A DNA stretch of 64,000 nt from Lama guanicoe (taxonomy: Eukaryota). The notes below the pieces were generated by a model that worked only from the letters and a program-made list of their open reading frames with translations, had not been told where the DNA came from and ran no database searches. Positions 63,150 to 64,000 of the stretch are shown one piece after another. The translations under genes and the position numbers were made by a program. The DNA is taken from the NCBI GenBank assembly GCA_013239625.1, contig MU053934.1, forward strand, positions 7,957,352 through 8,021,351, written 5' to 3'. The first letter of the stretch is position 1, and every line of letters starts with the position of its first letter.

Positions 63150-64000
63150 GTTTGTTTATTGAGATATAGATGATTTACAATACTCTAAGTTTTAGACGCA
63201 CAACAATTTTTACAACAAATTTTTCCGTGAGTCATGATTCTTAAAAGATTCTGCTCCATTTATACTTATTCTAAAACATTGGCTACACCTGCTGTGTAAT
63301 GGGCTTTATTTTTGAGAACTGTTTTAGGTGAACGGAAAACTTGGGCACAAAGTGCAGTGCTCCGCTGCCCCCGCCCATAGCACCCTTTGTCAGTGGCATC
63401 TCGCGATCCTGTGGGGCCCTCGTTAGAGCTGAGAGCCAGCGCTGATGTGTGATTGCTGACTAGGTCCCATGTCCACATTAGGGCTCGCTTTGTGTGGCCT
63501 TGTTTCATGGGCTTTGACAAGCGCACAGTGGCGTGTATCTACCATTACAGTATCCCGCAGAAGGGTTTCACCGGCCTAAAAATTCACCACGCTCCATCCA
63601 CCTCTTCATTCCTCCCTCTCTTCTCCCTCCTTACTTCCTGGCAACCACTGACCTTTACTATCTCCATAGTTCTGCCTTTTCCGGAATGGCATATAATTGG
63701 AATCATGCGGTATGTGCCCTTTTCTGACTGGCCTTCTTGACTAAGCAGTATGCACTTAAGGTTCTCCCATGTCTTTTTTCTTTATAATGTATTTTTTAGA
63801 TTTTTGTTTTTACATATATACATTTAAAAATTTGAATATAAGTGATTTACAATATTAATTAGTTTCAGTTGTACAACCTAGTGATTCGACCCTCCGTATT
63901 TTTTTACAGCTTGATTGCTCACGTGTTTTTATCACCGAATAATATTCCACTGTGTGGCTGTACCACAGGTTGTTTATGCACTCACCTACCGAAGGACAGC
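63150..64000 (-). mobile_element. LINE-1 3' fragments (old L1M plus younger inserts) in SAMM50 intron 12
   Basis: cctggcaaccactgacc...tctccatagttctgccttttccggaatg...tttctgactggccttct...aataatattccactgt. Confidence 0.75.

Overview
Mammalian genomic DNA, most likely a camelid (it carries a Vic-1-type tRNA-derived SINE). It holds two + strand genes in the known PNPLA3-SAMM50 order. PNPLA3 (adiponutrin) is complete, with 9 coding exons at 21063-36592 and 431 aa as I splice it. SAMM50 is represented by its first 12 coding exons (43216-62488) and runs off the window. The first ~20 kb is intergenic and rich in L1, LTR, MIR/L2 and DNA-transposon remnants. The most notable observations are five. (1) A ~1.2-kb, ~99.7% identical direct duplication lies in PNPLA3 introns 3 and 5 and brackets exons 4-5, including the catalytic Asp. 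(2) PNPLA3 shows signs of divergence: an early TAG with in-frame homology continuing past it, and substitutions at family-conserved patatin residues. (3) PNPLA3 exon 6 has weak splice sites. (4) SAMM50 has a GC-AG intron. (5) A weak caspase-14-like exon remnant may lie upstream. Repeat family names and reference protein comparisons are from recall, not from a database search.
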